A stretch of DNA of 64,000 bases, taken from the NCBI GenBank assembly GCA_043228905.1, contig JBHGNT010000003.1, positions 21,018,001-21,082,000 on the forward strand, written 5' to 3'. This DNA comes from Azolla caroliniana (taxonomy: Eukaryota; Plantae; Polypodiophyta). The translations under genes were made by a program, and so were the position numbers. The notes below the pieces were generated by a model, which was given only the letters and a program-made list of their open reading frames with translations, was not told the DNA's origin and searched no databases. This document shows, one piece after another, positions 38,481 through 50,274 of this stretch (positions are counted from its first letter, which is position 1; each line of letters starts with the position of its first letter).

Positions 38481-39129
38481 ATATTTCAATTATGACACAA
38501 TCCCTACCTCAATAAGCTAAAAAGAGGTGACAACTATCTTGGTGTCAAGTAAGAAGGTGACAATTGTCTCCCAAACCTGAGAAATATAGTCGCAAATCTT
38601 ACACTTAAAATATGAAACAATGAGGACACCCTAATTGAGTTGTTGTATTATTGCCAATCCATGCCTTTTTACAGCTTATCCTACAAGTAGACTCTAAACC
38701 ACCTATTTCCAAGTAAAGATTTTTGCTAGAAATGGCAATTTAGAATGCAACCTACACTGACACCATCCATGTCAAGTCTTATTTAAATGCCATTCTTGTT
38801 CAAAGTTTAACATCAAATGATAACCATTAAAGGTTGAACCCCCTCCAAATCACCGCTCTCCAAGCAAACGATTTTACCAAAAATGGCACATTATATTACT
38901 AGCTACATTGTACTATCGACGTGATCCCAAAGTCACTTATTTGCATGGGAACCTTGTTGAACCTCATACTAGGGATAAAAGCGGTTCGGGCAGCTCCACA
39001 AAGCGGTGATACTGGCGCATGAAACATGCGGGTGTTTTCAAAGGCATGAGCAAGGACAGCGATCTGTACAACATTGGCCAGGCGCATGTCTCATGGTCGT
39101 CCGCATCGAGCCCCCGTGCAACAAATGTA

Positions 39130-39161
<32 letters not shown>

Positions 39162-39780
39162 CACTAACTAGACTACTAACTACTATTGACTACCACTAAC
39201 TAGACTACTACTATTAGTGACTGCCACTAACTACTATTAACTACCAGTAACTAGACTACTAACTACTATTGACTACCACTAGCTAGACTACTAACTACTA
39301 TTGACTACCACTAACTAGACTACTAACTACTATTAACTACCACTAACTAGACTACTAAACTACTATTGACTACCACTAACTAGACGACTAACTACAATTG
39401 ACTACCGCTAACTAGACTACTAACTACTACTAACTACCACTAACTAGACGACTAACTACAATTGACTACCGCTAACTAGACTACTAACTACTACTAACTA
39501 CTACTAACTACCACTAACTAGACGACTAACTACAATTGACTACCGCTAACTAGACTACTAACTACTATTGACTACCACTAACAGACTACTAACTACTATT
39601 AACTACTACTAACTACTACTAACTACCACTAACTAGACTACTAACTACTACTGACTACCACTAACTAGACTACTAACTACTATTAACTACCACTAACTAC
39701 TATTGACTACCACTAACTACTACTGACTACCACTAACTACTACTGACTACTACTAACTACTATTAACTACCACTAACTAG
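39130..39780. repeat. ACT-based minisatellite (~32-bp unit) upstream of Psb28
   Basis: Unit ACTAACTAGACTACTAACTACTATTGACTACC with variants, starting from an (ACT)n(ACC)n microsatellite. Confidence 0.95.
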
Positions 39781-39910
39781 TGCTTCTCCATGGAGTGGAG
39801 TGGAGTGGAGTGGAGTGGAGAAGAAGACGTGTGTGTGAGATGGGAGATGGAATAAGAAAGCAAGAATTGTGGGCATTTGAAGGCCACACAAACAATAACT
39901 AAGCCCAGGG

Positions 39911-39944
<34 letters not shown>

Positions 39945-39991
39945 AAGATCCTTCTTCCTCCTCCATTATCGCCATTAACTGTAACCCTAAA

Positions 39992-41761
39992 ATGGCCTCC
40001 TCTGTGGTGAACCTTCGTCCCTCCATCTGCTCTCAGCATCACCATCACCATCAACAGAGCATCGCCTTTCTAGCTCGCAATGGCTCTTCAGGTTCGTCAG
40101 GGAATCCTTGTCGCTTCTCTTCGCCGTTTTCTGCATGGAATACTTCTTTCTTTTTGCTTTGATTTCTTTCTTTGTTAGTTGGAGCGCTTTGTCTTTTTGG
40201 TCTTCATTTCTAAGAAGAAGAAGAAGAAAAAGAGGGAAGAGGGAAGATCAGCTCTTGTCTCTCTCTTTTTCTGCTACAATTAGGTCTAGCTTTTCCCATT
40301 GGAACTAAGATTGTTTCTGTTTGCTAGCTCTCATATGAATTTGTTATCTGCATTCCTGTAAGAAGACCTACGAAGATTAGTTAAGAGGAGACAAGAAGAT
40401 GACCATAGCTCTTGTGTTTCCCATCCGAGCTAAAGACTAGTCCTTTCAACTCATGGGACACAAGACCAGTTCTTGCATTTTGTTTCGGATTAAAAGAAAA
40501 GCTTAGTTTTTTCTCGTTTATACTACTACTAGTTCCTGAATTCTCTTGCTTTCTTCATGTATCCCTCTTTTGAACTGTAATTTCTGGGAGACTAAATAAT
40601 TTGTTGTTACTTCTTAATTGGATCTCTCTCGTTTGTTCTTGCGTCTTCTCACACAGAAGTAGCCATTTATTGTAAAAAATACCTGTGTTTTTCTTCTGAG
40701 TTACATCAAGTCCACAAGTGTGTGTTGCAAGAAGAGAGAAGATAAGCGTTGTGGTTTTCCGTTTTCATTGGAGCTTGGTATATCATATGTAATGGGAGGT
40801 ATCGCTTTTGTTCCTGATATAAATTTGTTAAAAGATTTTCTGTAGTTTTGTTTATGGATGAGAACCAATTTTTGTACTGATTTAGACATAAGAGTAGCAA
40901 TTTAGAAGAACTTTAATGCATAAACCATCACATCGATAGTCCTAATGGTGAGGATACGGAAGGTGTTCCTTACATTAGGTTTGTAGAATTGTAGTATGTA
41001 TTATTGAATATTTCTTTCAATACCCGTCAATATTTGAAAAATGTGGAATTGATTGCATCATGAATATGTGATAAATATGAACTATCATTTTCTGTAAAGA
41101 AAGCCTGGACCCATATTGCGAAAGGTAAATGGCTTACCCTATTAGAAACCTTACGTTGCATTCATTAGTTCGTGCGATAGGCTGCTTTTCCCTTATCATC
41201 ATTTTTAAAAGACCACATATTGATGATTGATGGTTGATGACATATATCGTTCTTGATACAAACTTTCGATCATTTTTTGCAGGTCTAGCAATGTGCCCTA
41301 AACTCCATCGATGTAGTAGTTCAAAGTCCTCTTTTGTAGGAAGAAGCCAGTGTGTGTTTGAGGGGCATACCATCTCAACTGCAGGATCGAGCAACGTTCG
41401 AACCCTAATAGTTTCCATGGCAAAACCAGTTATCCAATTCATTAAAGGAATTGATGAACAAACTGTCCCCGATGTTTCTCTTACCAGATCAAAAGATGGA
41501 AGCAATGGTGTCGCAACTTTCTTGTTCGACCAACCATCTGTGTTTGATTCATCTCGAGAGCTAGGAGATATAACTGGTCTCTACATGGAAGACGAAGAGG
41601 GAGTAATGCAAACTGTTGACGTCAGTGCAAAGTTCGTCAATGGCAAACCTGCAAAGATTGAGGCGAGATATGTCATGAGAACTATAAAGGATTGGGATCG
41701 ATTCATGCGCTTCATGGAGCGCTATGCTGAGGCAAATAACCTTGGATTTGTGAAGAAATGA
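39992..41761 (+). CDS. PSB28: Photosystem II assembly factor Psb28, chloroplast precursor
   Basis: Exon 39992-40091 ([11 protein letters not shown] transit peptide) joins exon 41283-41761 in phase 1. Mature domain: [70 protein letters not shown]. Confidence 0.96.
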
Positions 41762-43197
41762 TGAATGATAAACATAATGAGCAGTGTTTGTGTACTGAAA
41801 ATGGCCTTTGGATTTTGTGAAGAAAATGAACATCAGGGGGGAGGGTATTTGCCTCTGCTTTTGCCAAGAAAATGAACAATTAGTTCATTGGCTTGTGGAT
41901 GTTGTATCCTATTTCTAGTTGGAGGTTAAACCTTTGCTTTCCTTTTTTCTACATGAGAATATGCTCAAAAGCATACCGAATTGTAACACTAATAATAATA
42001 TCACACATCATCCTTGTAATCATTTGAGCTTTCTGGTGATGTTTTATTTTTTTGGTTTGAACTCCAGTAAGACCATTTATTTTATTTAGTCAAATGTGGA
42101 GAATGCATCTGTGTGGGTGGAATAATTTAAGATCATTTTATTTATGCCACTGGTTTAATAATGCATGAGGTGGGTGGAATGATTTTAGAGATGGTTGCGC
42201 TCATGAAATACATAACTAATATGTTGAGGGGACATCAACTTGAGGTTGGTTGGTTGGCGTGGTCACCAAGTGCTTTGTGTGAATCAGTCATAGCAAGCAA
42301 TGATCTCCATGCTCATAATCATATGGCCATGCCTTATATCCTGGGGATCATGTTCATGACCTTTATTGTTGTCAACATTCCTCTGCACACTCGTGGCTTA
42401 TGGAAGTTTGCAATGCATGATTACTGTTGCATCTAATATACTAATACTGAGGGCTGATTCTCTACTGTTTTCAAGCTCAAGCAAGATTTGGCATTGCTAG
42501 TGGACACCCTAGTATCCATCCACATATAGCTATTTTACATCCACAATTGCAATCTATTTTACACCCACAATTGTGATTTAAAGCTTCAAAACCATCAAAG
42601 ATATAGAAATTGAGCAAAAAATATCAAAGATCAAAAGGACTACTGTATATCACATTTAGATAAAGATCGAAACCCAAATTTACCAAGAAACAATCTTGTT
42701 GCAATACAGACGAATCACTGAGATGACTTTTCAGGGTTTTGCGCAACCCATTTAAATTTGCACATAGATTGCTGTGAACTTGCAAAATTATATTCACTTG
42801 CCATATAACATTATACATCTCTAATACTACATATCATTGAAAACGAGCATCTTTCCACTTCATTTTACTCTCAAAATTTCTGTTTTTCAATGTAAAAATA
42901 TTACAAATTGTTCTACTGGGAGACTTTCATACAGAGATTGTAACTGAATCCGGTTCTATTTGCTCAATATAAATGCAAGAATATTCTATTATGCACACGA
43001 TATGTAAACGGAATTAATGGTAAGGGGATAATTTTAGACAACCTTCTGCTACTTAAGAAGTGGTTTTGGTACTGGGGAGATAAGTTTAGATCCCGTTTGC
43101 ACCATCCACGCTCTCATATGTGGCCCATCATGTATAATATGTCATGTATATGTGTATGAAGACGAAAGAGAGAGAGAGAGAGAGAGAGAGATGATCA

Positions 43198-45253
43198 TTA
43201 AATCTTGTATTCATTAACATGCATCCACTTTGTAGCTGACCACTTGTTGCCACTTATGACCGGACATCCACCTATCAAAAGCAAATTAGTCTAATAGAAA
43301 GATTCAAGGACTTCATTAATACGCGAAAAGAATTGTATTACCATGAAGACTAGATGGATCTAAGGATGCATCTGGCCTCGTGCTCCAAAATAACAGTGCA
43401 TCACCAAGTTTGGGCTGTATAGATAACCCATCTTTTGCACATTCAGATAGACCGCTTTGTGTAAGAATTCTACTGTAATTCATATTAGCTGATGGGAAAA
43501 CCGTCTCACCACCATCTTCTACATCTGAACTACATACATGAAAAACATATCTAATTGGCATGCTTAAGATCCCTTCACATTATGCTAGAAGACAACAAGA
43601 AAACATAACATGTTTGTCAATACAGAAGTATTGTAATCCAAAACATTTCACACTAGGTGATGGAGATACAACACTTATTTTTTCTCTATACATTTTCTCT
43701 ATATATATGTTCCAGACGTTTAGTTTTAGCAAGCTACAGTACAAAGCGTTTTTCTTTTTCTTATTTTATTCATTTTGAAATTTTTGTCAAGTCTCAGACG
43801 CCATGTATATATCTTTCTTTATTCTTCTACATGTGCCCCCAACATTTTGTCTAGTGGTTACACCACCCTTGGTAGAAAAAGCTTTTCGGTAGAAGAGGTA
43901 TGACTTTTTGTTTTGATTAGTTGTTTTCCTATCCCATTGAGAGAGAGAGTGAGAGATAGACAGATAGACAGAATGTTTTTCACTATTTGGGTCCTCCATG
44001 ACTTGAGAGAAGACGCAGAGAGAATGTTTTTCACTACCTTGCAGAAGGAGGTACCACTTTTAGTTTTGATTGGCTGTTGAGAGAGAGAGAGAGAGAGAGA
44101 GTTGGCCAGATGGATGTAGCTCAGTTGTTAAGGTTGTTTGGCAGAGACCAGATGATCTTGTGTTCAAACCCTCCATTCAACACTAGCATCCTATTAAATT
44201 AATACATATGGTGTTATAGAAAAGTGTGAAAGAAGAACCTTGAACCCAAGGCCTACGATAAGCAGTCTTAACAACTTGCCACTAGAATATGCTAATTATG
44301 ATAAAGACAGACAGAACGAACCCAATTGGTAAGGTTATTTGACGAAAACATGAAGGCCATGCGTTCGACCCCTATATTCTGCAGTGGGATCTAGTAGTAC
44401 ATATGTTGAGCTTTTGAGCCCGGGTGTGCATAGGTTAGTAAAAAAGTTGCATATCGCTGGGCATAAAGCAAGTATGGTTATTTGCTACTGTAAGTATGTG
44501 ATATGTACAGGGTGGGTCCAAGAAAGGTGGATTTCTTCCACCCAGATGTGCTCAAGAAGTAATGCTATGAAAATCATCGCACATGAAACAAAAAAAATCA
44601 TCACATGTGCAACAAAATCCCCACAACAAACATGTTGCACATTATGCAAGAAAAATTTTGAACATGAAGGGAAGAAGAAGATACATACAGATACATTAAC
44701 AATGTCGCCATACGTTGCCCGCCATTCTTTATATTAATAGTATCTTGGAAGTAATCATAATGCGCTTCATACTTCTGCCCAACTTCATAATGCAAAACTT
44801 GGAGTCCTTCGCCATGCTCTATTTCCTCAAAAGATAAAACAATGTCTCTTTCAGATACTATGCTAAGCAACAATGGATAGAATGTGTTTGTCTTGAAAGT
44901 TGATTTTACCAGAAACATGATGAAAAATAGAGTTGCCATACCTACAGGAATGAATGAGAAATCAGCAATCCTCTTCTCTATCGATCTGATGATCTTATCT
45001 TGACCTCTGCTTAAGAATGTTCCTGAACTTGTACGCACCCTACATATAAACAATCAGGCTGATATATAGATATGATGGAAGGATTAACTAGACAATCTAA
45101 AATACGCAATGAATTATAATTTGAATAAAACAATATCTAGAATAACTACCTGCTATCTTTGCTCTTGCCAGTTTCACTGTCCACTACAGTTGACTTCACC
45201 ATGTGAGGCTTTGCTAAACTTATTAAGTAATTGCATTCGTCCTCCAACTGCAA

Positions 45254-45291
<38 letters not shown>

Positions 45292-48200
45292 CGTGTGGAT
45301 GTTCCCAAGCCTTGCCTCCTTAGAGCTAAACCTAAAGGGAAGCCCCCAACTATCACTCTCCAAATAAAACCTTGATAAAATTTGCAACCAGGAATGCCAA
45401 CCACGTTGAGTCAACCAAGTGATGCCACAAAATGATGGTACAATATGTTAATATTGACCAGTAAGAAATACTATTCAAGCACCAATCCAAGTAAGGTTGC
45501 TCATCTGACAGCACATGTAAATATCCTTGAAGCAATAATATGCTCGGCTCTTTTTGCCACATAAATCCATAATGTGACAGAATACATGATAAGCATTTGA
45601 CTTCTTCAAACTCTATTAACCTTTGAGACTCAGAATTAACACCACCCACCTCTACAATCCCTAACTGAGATAACCAATTAAACAGACATCTCAATCTCTC
45701 ATCCCTGCCAATATAACAATCAAGAAGAAAAACGCAATTCCTGTTGCAATGAATCACACTGATCTTGACTAGTTAGTGACGCCCACTCAAAATATGACAA
45801 AGCTTCTTGCCAAGAGAAGATCAACTGTTATGCATGCCAAACTTCAAGTGGAATATTTCCATTGATCATTTGCCGCCGTGATGCCTTAAGCTTAGTTCTC
45901 CAATGCATTAATCCATCCTATTTGATGAAATATTTCAACATGCATACCATGATTGAGTTTGCAAACACGTATCTCACACTAAAGAGAATAAACAAGGCAT
46001 CAAATACATGTCCAAATGTACGGCAGCACCACCTAATCTCCTGGAATTGCTAAATGGTTCCAAGAAATCCTTGTAATTCCCATCTTATCCTTCTTCTGCA
46101 CAACATGTTGAAGAGGTCACAATTTGATTGCAGTGAGTTCTTACAAGGGACTATATCTCTCACTCACTATAAAAAGGAAAGGTTTATATAGCAAGTGATT
46201 AAGACTATAGATTGTGGGAAAAACGGGCAGAGTTCAAATACTTGTCAACGCATATCATAGGCGACCATTAAATGTGGTTGGTAGGTGCCTCTCTCACTAT
46301 AAAATGGGGAGAGGAGAGCTCATTGAGGGGTTTTTCCATTTTTCAAACTATCATGGTTGGCTCCCTAATGACAAAACAATTTGATGTATATGGAATCCAA
46401 GGTAAGTGCATGGGGTCAAAAAAATGGTAAGAGAGCTTATGGGCAAGCTAGCTTCTGAAAACACCATAGCACCATGGATCACCTTGTCACGCTTCAAGTA
46501 TTAATGGAGGAAAGTTGCTTGAGAGGTAAGGGTTTATATTGTTGCTTCATAAACTTCAAGAAGCTTTGATATGGTACCTCATGAGCATCTTTGGAGGTGA
46601 TGGGAGAACTAAAGGTGCCAGGTGAATGTAAGCTTGCAATTTCCCAAATCTATGAAAAGGCTATATGATGTGTACGTATGGGAGATGGAGTTTCAGATTT
46701 TTTCAACAACACAATTGGAAAAATTTCCTGTTCCAATTAGATGCAAGATATTGAAAAATAGTTTGAAAGATGGGATGCAACACACTTGCTTTACAATGCA
46801 TCAATATATTCCTCTGTAAATGAGGCCTTTTTGTAATGCCAATGTATCATGACATGGGAAAAAATGTGGAAGCTCACACCTCACACATTTTACTACGTCT
46901 GTTGCACCTAACTACAAAACCATATTCTTCGTTGACCAAGGAAACCACACACATCAATACATATTAGAATCCATCCTATTTATTGCCTGTCATCTGAACC
47001 ATTGTTTCCATGTGACTTACTTCACTCACTACGATGCTAGACAAGGCATTGGGGCACAAGTGATGAGAGTAGTCGACTATGCATACTTTGCCTTAAACAA
47101 GTTCAGGAGTTTGAACAAAGGCAGAGCATTGATAACTAAGCTTTAAACACATCTTTGACCAAACCCAATCCTTGTGCGAATTTATCTCACAATCACAATG
47201 TGCAATGTCAATTGTGACATTCATTGGTAAAGCTCTTGAACATCGAGAGACGCTACTCAATTTCATTTGTATTACATGAAAACATTACATTTTTGGTCCC
47301 ATATGTCATATTTGACCTCCATGGACAATAATGAAATCTAACATATCTAGTAGTTTCACAAATTTTGTTTATTAGATTTAATTTGCAATTTTAAACTGCA
47401 TGTTCCATGAAACAAGCCAATTCTTACAAGATTCAAAAGGCAATGGGAACATCACTATTTTTTTATCGAACCTACACCTTTCTTTTCATTTCTTGTAGTT
47501 TTACCATATAGTTCAACATTGAAAACATGTGAAAATTGTCAGCATTAAGTATGTCCAACATGCAATCAGAATATAATACCAAGAAGTTGTGGTAAACAAA
47601 AGCCCGCGGTTCCCAAGAGATCATTTCCACCCAAGCTTTTCTGTGCAAGAGTTCCCCATCCCTATCAACACATTCGATAGCATCAAATAGACACAAACAA
47701 AAATTCCTGTTTTTAGTATCATTGAAATCAAACAAAATTCCCTATAAGGATTTGCATGTCCAACAATGAGCATCAAGATCCATGTTCGCTATAAAAACTA
47801 GATTCTTTGTACCTCTTAGATAAATAAGAGCAGGGAATAAATATTCACAATCAATCAGAATAAGTGATGAAAAAGAAATCAAGAAAGAGCATATTCCACA
47901 CAGAAAGAAAGAAATGTGTATCAGCCTCTATTAAAGCCTAAGATAAATCTAGTTTAAGCTCTATAATTATGGTATTTTACTATTTACACTATACAATATG
48001 ATAAATTAGTGAAAACCATATTCAATCACTAATTGAAGCATAAAACTATCCAAACATTAAGATTTGATAGATTACATTAATAAGAAAATCCACGAATTTA
48101 GTAAGTAAAATTAAATCTATACAATGTCCACGTACTTTGCAGTTGTAGGGTGTGTGTGAACAACCCTGAATAAAGGTTAGAGATACATTCATGTGGCATA

Positions 48201-50274
48201 TCATGTGGATGGCTATGGCCTGACACACTGTTTTAGGAATTTTTATATATAAGACTAGTTACCCTATTGTATGTACATTACTTCTTCTCCCCTTAATCTA
48301 TTGGTATTCCTCTCTTTAGAGAGTGCTGCCTTTCATCATTGCACGTGGTTCACTTGAGTTACGTAGTGTGCGCTAGTGTAGGATATAGTTGAGCATGTTG
48401 CAAGAGAATGAGCTCAGCTCAAGAGATTGGTTTGGATGAATCCTTCTATATTCTTAATATTAGAGAATCATGTGATATTTAGCTGGCTTGGTTAATTAGG
48501 ATTCTTAACTTTAAAAATCATCCTCCCTCCCAGTTTGTTTTCCCCTGTTTGATATTCAACCATCATCTGACCTTATTTGGCCATATTTTCACAACCAATT
48601 GAGGTGGTTGTGGGTCATCTTTTCATGGCCCCCCATCCGCATTGTGGGAAGAGGCCTTGTGCAAAAAGTCTTGATCAGGATTTCCGAATTGCATATGACC
48701 ATATATGAAATGTGAAAGTAGATTATTGGATTCAGAGTACAATGCCCATAGTGTGGATATGAGAAGATGAGTATATACAAAGCCCCCAATGAAACCTTGG
48801 TAAATCAAGAAAAATTAATAAGCTTCAATAAAAATAGAGGGGCAACATAGAAGGAGAAATGCAGTAGCAGTTCAGCCTCAACAGGAGATGGAGGATACAA
48901 CGAGAAAGAAAGGACTGCCACATGAGAGAAAAACTTTAGGGATGAGTACAAATAGACAGAGATTGCAAATTTCAGGAGCACAGAAGCACATTAAGTAGTT
49001 TTTCTTAAGCACTCTAGTATATTTAGAGACTTTGTTGCTTCTGTGTCTTTGTGTCATTTTATCCAAGTGCAGGTCCTAACTTTTGTAAAACTTAACATGA
49101 GCACCACAAACGAGAAGCAACAAGTGGACTGTGGAGTATAAATGGACTGAGACTTACAAATTTTCAACAGAATCGATGAAAGAAGTTAAACAGAGATTTC
49201 TGGAAAGTAGAATTGGAAAGCACAAAAGATCAGCAAATACATGTTGGAGCACAAATTCGGAGGTTGTGATATTGAGTCTGATATCTAGAGACTTGAAGTA
49301 TTTTGTTTAAGGTTTGCATCTTGAAAATATGTGTGACAGCAAGAAATTGTGTCTATATGCAACAAGAGGATGTGTGTAGGCAGATGGGTCTTCCAAACTA
49401 TAGTGTGGAGTCCATGTGCTTCAGGTTGTCTCAACTTAATGTGATATTTTTAATTCATATTGCATATTGTGTGTGAAATTTTGAAGGGAAAAATATTAAA
49501 GGTGAAGGTACTAAAATTCTCAAAAACAAAATTTCTTACAAAGAGGAAGAGAAAGAACGGCACTAGAAATGTGGTGGTATTGTATCTTTGGCACATGCTA
49601 GCCATAACCCCAAAGCCAGACAAGGCTTCTGGTGGAATGAAAAATAATAATGAAGACAAAAAATGTGCTTACTAGATCTATCCAATACAAACTAACCCAA
49701 ACCTCACTTCAAACAAGGCTTATTACAATTAAGCAGAAGAAGAAGAATACAATTAAAAACACCATGTACCCAAATATGTAATTACTAGATCTATTCAATA
49801 CATAGTAGCCCAAATTTTGAAAACCTGAATACAAGTCAGAACAAAAATAAGGAAGACACTAAGAAAGAAAAAAACTGACTTCTTCACAATTGAGTAAATG
49901 AAACAAAGATAGAAAGAATGAGATTTTGGAAGAAAACATAAAAAAGAACCTACTTTTTTCACTGTCGATTTTATGGAACAAACATGGAGTGTAAGTTGAG
50001 GGTAAAAAAACAAAAACAAACGCATATTGTACCTGGGCAAGTGTGGACGAGAGAGAGAGATTGCAGGTAAACTCAGGGAGACGGAAGCTCCATTAGAGAT
50101 TTCTCCAGAAGGAGAAGAGGAAGAAGAGGATCCATTAGGAAGGGCGATGAAGCCAAACAAGACGAGACCAATAACTGAGAGGGACAGGGACAGGATGAGG
50201 AGGTATAATCCATATGATGGAACCTTTTGAGCGTGAGGTTGAAGACGAGGAAGAGCGCGTGCTCCTCTGGACAT
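43198..50274 (-). CDS. P4H: Prolyl 4-hydroxylase, plant type II membrane-anchored 2OG-Fe(II) dioxygenase
   Basis: Exons 50274-50033, 47661-47580, 45247-45150, 45039-44942, 44818-44689, 43529-43342 and 43271-43198 join in frame. N-terminal TM segment, ISWEPRAFVYHNFL, VRTSSGTFL, HxD (YEAHYDYF), GGETVFP, SLHGGCPV and 2OG-binding KWSATKW. Confidence 0.96.
44105..44380. mobile_element. Cluster of three tRNA-derived SINE-like heads in a P4H intron
   Basis: (+) TAGCTCAGTTG 44117 with TGTTCAAACCC 44161; (-) TGGCAAGTTG ~44281 with GGTTCAAGG ~44246; (+) CCCAATTGGTAAG 44321 with CGTTCGACCCC 44362. Confidence 0.5.
45290..46150 (-). mobile_element. Degenerate LINE remnant (LINE A-like) in P4H intron 2
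   Basis: Minus-strand KKDKMGITRISWNHLAIP (~46100-46040) matches the reconstructed LINE A segment KMENMGVTCIS*NHLAP. Extent approximate. Confidence 0.55.
46340..46720 (+). mobile_element. RTE-like LINE RT fragment in P4H intron 2
   Basis: GQASF*KHHSTMDHLVTLQVLMEESCLRGKGLYCCFINFKK/FDMVPHEHLW; same family as 13400-14230. Confidence 0.8.

Noticed and set aside
38860-39125. Moderately GC-rich segment with short ORFs upstream of the ACT array
   Set aside because: No recognisable protein motif or splice structure; cannot be supported without a database search.
44105-44380. Functional tRNA genes (also 27705-27770)
   Set aside because: Only degenerate A/B boxes; no consistent acceptor or anticodon stems.
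45249-45966. 7-bp TGCAAAC match as the TSD of an insertion at the P4H acceptor
   Set aside because: LINE-like coding remnants continue past 45966, so the short match is probably chance.
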